Assembly (NCBI RefSeq): GCF_006345805.1
Contig: NC_043025.1
Location: forward strand, 13,516,001 to 13,580,000
DNA from: Octopus sinensis
Taxonomy: Eukaryota
Direction: 5' to 3'
DNA length: 64,000 nucleotides
Every line of letters begins with the position of its first letter. The first letter of the stretch is position 1. Positions 60,283 through 64,000 of this stretch are shown one piece after another. The notes under the pieces are model-generated. The model worked only from the letters and a program-made list of their open reading frames with translations. It had not been told where the DNA came from and searched no databases. Made by a program: the position numbers and the translations under genes.

Positions 60283-61328
60283 GTAGCACTTGCATGTGCA
60301 AGTTGTTTGCAAGACATCATAGTGGTGTCTCCGAGTCTCTCTCTTCGCAGCCTCTTTAAATACAAGTGAGCCATCAACCACGGAGACACATTTCTCTCCT
60401 GTGACATCATGATTCTCTCTCACACATTGTCTTGCAACACGGATCACTTCAAGTCTTTGGTCCTCACAGTGCAGAACATTGGCAAATTCTTTCTTAAATG
60501 CTTCCCCTCTGGCTAAGTAAAAATGTCTCCAAGCTTCCCTTCTGGTGATCTGATACAGTTCTCTGCTGTCACCATTCTTCCAGTCCTTCCATGCCTGTTT
60601 CTTTTCCCTGAAGGCCCTGCCAACTACATTGTTCCACCACCACGTTACCTAAGGTCGAGAGGGGACTTTGCAGCATCCACAGATCTGGTCAGTAGCCTTC
60701 AGCAGGTTGTCCTGTAGAAACCTCCAGTTGTCTTCTGCCTCATGTGATGCTATATCCTCCACTATTTGGTCAAAAGCTTCAAGTAATATGTCTAAATCTC
60801 TGTCCATTTGCAGGATCCTGAAGCTTCCAGACCCTTCTTCTCCATGCTGGTTGTCTTCTGGGCATCCATTTAGCCCTGATCCTGAAGTTGCTAACTACTA
60901 ATCTATGTTGTGGAGTGCATTCTTCACCTGGGAAGGTTTTGGCATCTTACCCATTTTCTGGTGAGACCATGATCAATTTGACCAGTGTGTCCACCAGATC
61001 GGTAGGTAACTAATTGACTGGCAGGTTTCCTGAAGTTAGTATTACAAACCATAAGATCATTTGCATTGCAAAACTCCAGCATCCTGGTTCCCTTCTCATT
61101 GCGGGAACCAAAACCATAGCCTCCATGTACACCATGGAAGACCCCTGCATGTTGTCCAAAATGCCCATTGAAGTCGCCAGCCACAAAGAGGTCCCTGTCA
61201 TTCATCATCGAGGTAGTCTGCATGAGGGTGTCATAAAATCGGTCTTTCTGTTCATCAGGTAGCCCCGGCTGAAGGGCATAGGCCGAGATAATGGTTGCTA
61301 ATCCATGTTGCAGCACTAATCTAGTCTT
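60283..61328 (-). mobile_element. Degenerate RTE LINE fragment (APE endonuclease C-half to pre-RT linker), same family as 17947
   Basis: ISAYA.Q, AGDFNGH, GYGFGSRN, VCNTNF.K, QIDH motifs; 60283-60730 aligns by eye to 17947-18350; has stops and frameshifts. Confidence 0.88.
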
Positions 61329-61900
61329 GGAGGCACATGGCCTAGTGGTTAGAGCAGTGGATTCGCGGTCAAGGTATCATGGGTTCGAATCTCAGAACCG
61401 GGTGATGTGTGTGTTTATGAGTGAAACACCTAAGCTCCACGCGGCTCTGGCAAAAGGTAATAGTGAACTTCTGCTGACTCTTTTGCCACAACTTTCTCTC
61501 GCTCTTTCCTCCTGCATCTTGCAGCTCACCTGTGACAGACCGGCGTCTCGTCCAGGTGGGGAACCTATACGCCAAGGAAACCAGGAAACCGGCCCTAATG
61601 AGCCATGCACGGCTCAAGAAGGAACATTGTGGAGGCACATGGCCTAGTGTTTAGAGCAGCGAACTCGCAGTCGAGGGATCGCAGGTTCAAATCTCAGACC
61701 GGGCGATGTGTGTTTATGAGCAAAACACCTAATCTCCACGCGGCTCCGGCAGAAGGTAATGGCGAAACTTCTGCTAACTCTTTCCTCCTGCATCTTGCAG
61801 CTCACCTGTGACGGACCGGCGTCCCGTCCAGGTGGCGGAACCTATACACCAAAGAAACCGGGAAACCGGTCCTTATGAGCCAGGCATGACTTGAGAAAGA
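61327..61900 (+). mobile_element. Head-to-tail dimer of a third SINE family (same tRNA head, different tail); fragment at 27940-28085
   Basis: GGAGGCACATGGCCTAGTG at 61327 and approx 61630; tail CTCACCTGTGACGGACCGGCGTCCCGTCCAGG...GAAACCGG. Confidence 0.8.
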
Positions 61901-62172
61901 ATAAAGAAACTAACCTTAAGTATTCTGTCGCATACTCTGACTACCTCAATTACCGTATCAACCCATTTCTCCACAAGAAGTATGCCCCCACCCCCCAGCC
62001 CCTGTCAGTGTTCCCTTCCCAGAAAATCTTATACTTATTTTGTTCTTTGCCTGTGAGGAACTCAGCAGAACTTCCTCTCCACCTTACTTCTCGGCTGAAG
62101 CACAAACCCACATCGCTCTGTGGAGATGTTCAAATTTCACATATTCCAATTTTGTGGGTGTCGGGTGTAATT

Positions 62173-62550
62173 CAAAATATATTCACCAATTCCACCCCAC
62201 CACCCTTATTCGAAATATATTCACCAATTTCACCCCACCACCCTTATTCGAAATATATTCACCAATTCCACCCCACCACCCTTATTCGAAATATATTCAC
62301 CAATTCCACCCCACCACCCTTATTCGAAATATATTCACCAATTTCACCCCACCACCCTTATTCGAAATATATTCACCAATTCCACCCCACCACCCTTATT
62401 CGAAATATATTCACCAATTCCACCCCACCACCCTTATTCGAAATATATTCACCAATTTCACCCCACCACCCTTATTCGAAATATATTCACCAATTTCACC
62501 CCACCACCCTTATTCGAAATATATTCACAAATCCCACCCCAGCACCCTTA
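62173..62550. repeat. 38-bp minisatellite, about 9.7 copies
   Basis: CGAAATATATTCACCAATT(C/T)CACCCCACCACCCTTATT at 62211, 62249, 62287... Confidence 0.95.
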
Positions 62551-63700
62551 TGTAAATCCGGTGGAGCATCTGGAATTACAATATTTCTTGCACAAACATC
62601 TGTTTCTCTGCATATTTGTTTAAATTTTCCTCTCCTCGCTTATTTATTTATCTATTTATTTCTTTAATTAAACTAATTATTCCTGCCAACATTTTTATTT
62701 TTTTTAATAAGTATTCACTAACACACACACATATATATGTATATGACAATATATATGCATATATATATATATATATATAGGCAATATATACGCATATATA
62801 TATATAGGTGCAGGAGTGGCTGTGTGGTAAGTAGCTTGTTTACCAACCACATGGTTCCGGGTTCAGTCCCACTGCATGGCAGCTTGGGCAAGTGTCTTCT
62901 ACTATAGCTTCGGGCCGACCAAAGCCTTGTGAGTGGATTTGGTAGACGGAAACTGACAAAATATATAGTGCGTGTGTTTTTATTGGCTAAACTGGCAAAA
63001 TGACCATTCCGAAATACAACAATATCTGTTTCAACACGTGACTTCACATAAAAAATCTTGCACAACAAATATATAAATCTAGAGATCTTTGCTTAGAAAA
63101 AGCTTTCCTTTCACCCTCCATAAATTTCTTGGTAACACACAGAAGCATTTGTTATGGAAGTAGAAACTTTTGCCCTTCGACTAAAATTTGGATCTTGTGC
63201 TTGAAAAACAAAACTTGTAAACCCAGGGTCTTGTAAAGTAGGGCCTTGTAAAGTAAGGTATTACTGTATATAGAGGTAGGGGATAACAGGACAGCAGGGA
63301 TACAGTTGGCGGGGCAGTGAGTACAGGATTGGGCTGCTGTAGTGAGGAAGGAGAAATAAGCAGAGTTCTTAAAAAGAAAAGAGGAAATATAATTTGGTTT
63401 AATGGAGCAGAATGTGTGAAAAATAGTGGCTGTGTGGTAAGTAGCTTGTTTACCAACCACATGGTCCCGGGTTCAGTCCCACTGCGTAGCACCTCGAGCA
63501 AGTGTCTTCTACTATAGCCTCAAGCCGACCAAAGCCTTGTGAGTGGATGTGGTAGATGGAAACTGAAAGAAGCCTGTCGTATATATGTATGTGTCTGTAT
63601 ATGTTTGTGTGTCTGTGTTTGTCCCCCTAGCATTGCTTGACAACCGATGCTGGTGTGTTTATGTCCCCGTTACTTAGCGGTTTGGCAAAAGAGACCGATA

Positions 63701-63883
63701 GTTAGTTAGTTAGTTAGTTAGTTAATATGGCTCAAAAGCAAATAGCAAGGCCATGTAGGGGGACATGGAGTTAAGTACAGGGTGGTGTTCATGTAAAGAG
63801 TTCAGGCCACTTGAGGTCAAGGGAGGCTTTGAACAAAGAGGTCGTCGGCATCTTCACCATCTCGTCTGGCAGCTTGTTCCACG
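63701..63883 (-). mobile_element. CR1/L2 3' end with (AACT)n tail inserted into a SINE
   Basis: Reverse complement of 48430-48600; flanked by GATA at 63697-63700 and 63884-63887; the SINE resumes after it. Confidence 0.82.
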
Positions 63884-64000
63884 GATAGAATAAGTACTGG
63901 GCTTACAGAAAGAATAAGTCCCAGGGTCGAGTTGCTCGATTAAAGGCAGTGCTCCAGAATGGCCGCAGTCAAATGACTGAAACAAGTAAAAGAGAGTAAA

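Noticed and set aside
61891-62667. 258-aa repeat protein
   Set aside because: The 38-bp unit is not a multiple of 3; the peptide cycles through three frames.
1-64000. Recurrent short ORFs such as MVGKQATYHTATP, MWLVSKLLTTQP and FLQLDALPNANHS
   Set aside because: Translations of SINE heads and RTE 3' UTRs, not a gene family.

Overview
AT-rich, microsatellite- and retroposon-saturated animal DNA; the SINE/RTE repertoire points to an octopod cephalopod (inference). Three host genes are supported. (1) A minus-strand ADAR/ADAD-family gene: five phase-consistent GT-AG exons (6632 to 1167) encoding two dsRBDs and the start of an A-to-I deaminase domain, running off the left edge. (2) A single-coding-exon DPH3/KTI11 (22598-22843, +). 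(3) An ORF ending in the RFXAP C-terminal motif (29342-30064, +); splice signals suggest it may share a transcript with DPH3. Mobile DNA includes a 5'-truncated RTE LINE with a 693-codon RT ORF carrying a PHD-like finger, many RTE 3'-UTR copies, tRNA-derived SINEs (one 12-unit tandem array), CR1/L2 and BovB-like remnants, mariner/Tc1 fragments, Helitron-type elements and MITEs. The most unexpected signal, invisible in the ORF track, is a set of dispersed type I hammerhead ribozyme folds: two with complete cores (33404-33496, 40343-40463), two with single substitutions (56997-57074, 59422-59469) and one degenerate (21012-21050). Several lie in or beside long inverted repeats. All folds were paired by eye and are untested. 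Most ORFs in the track are microsatellite or SINE artefacts.
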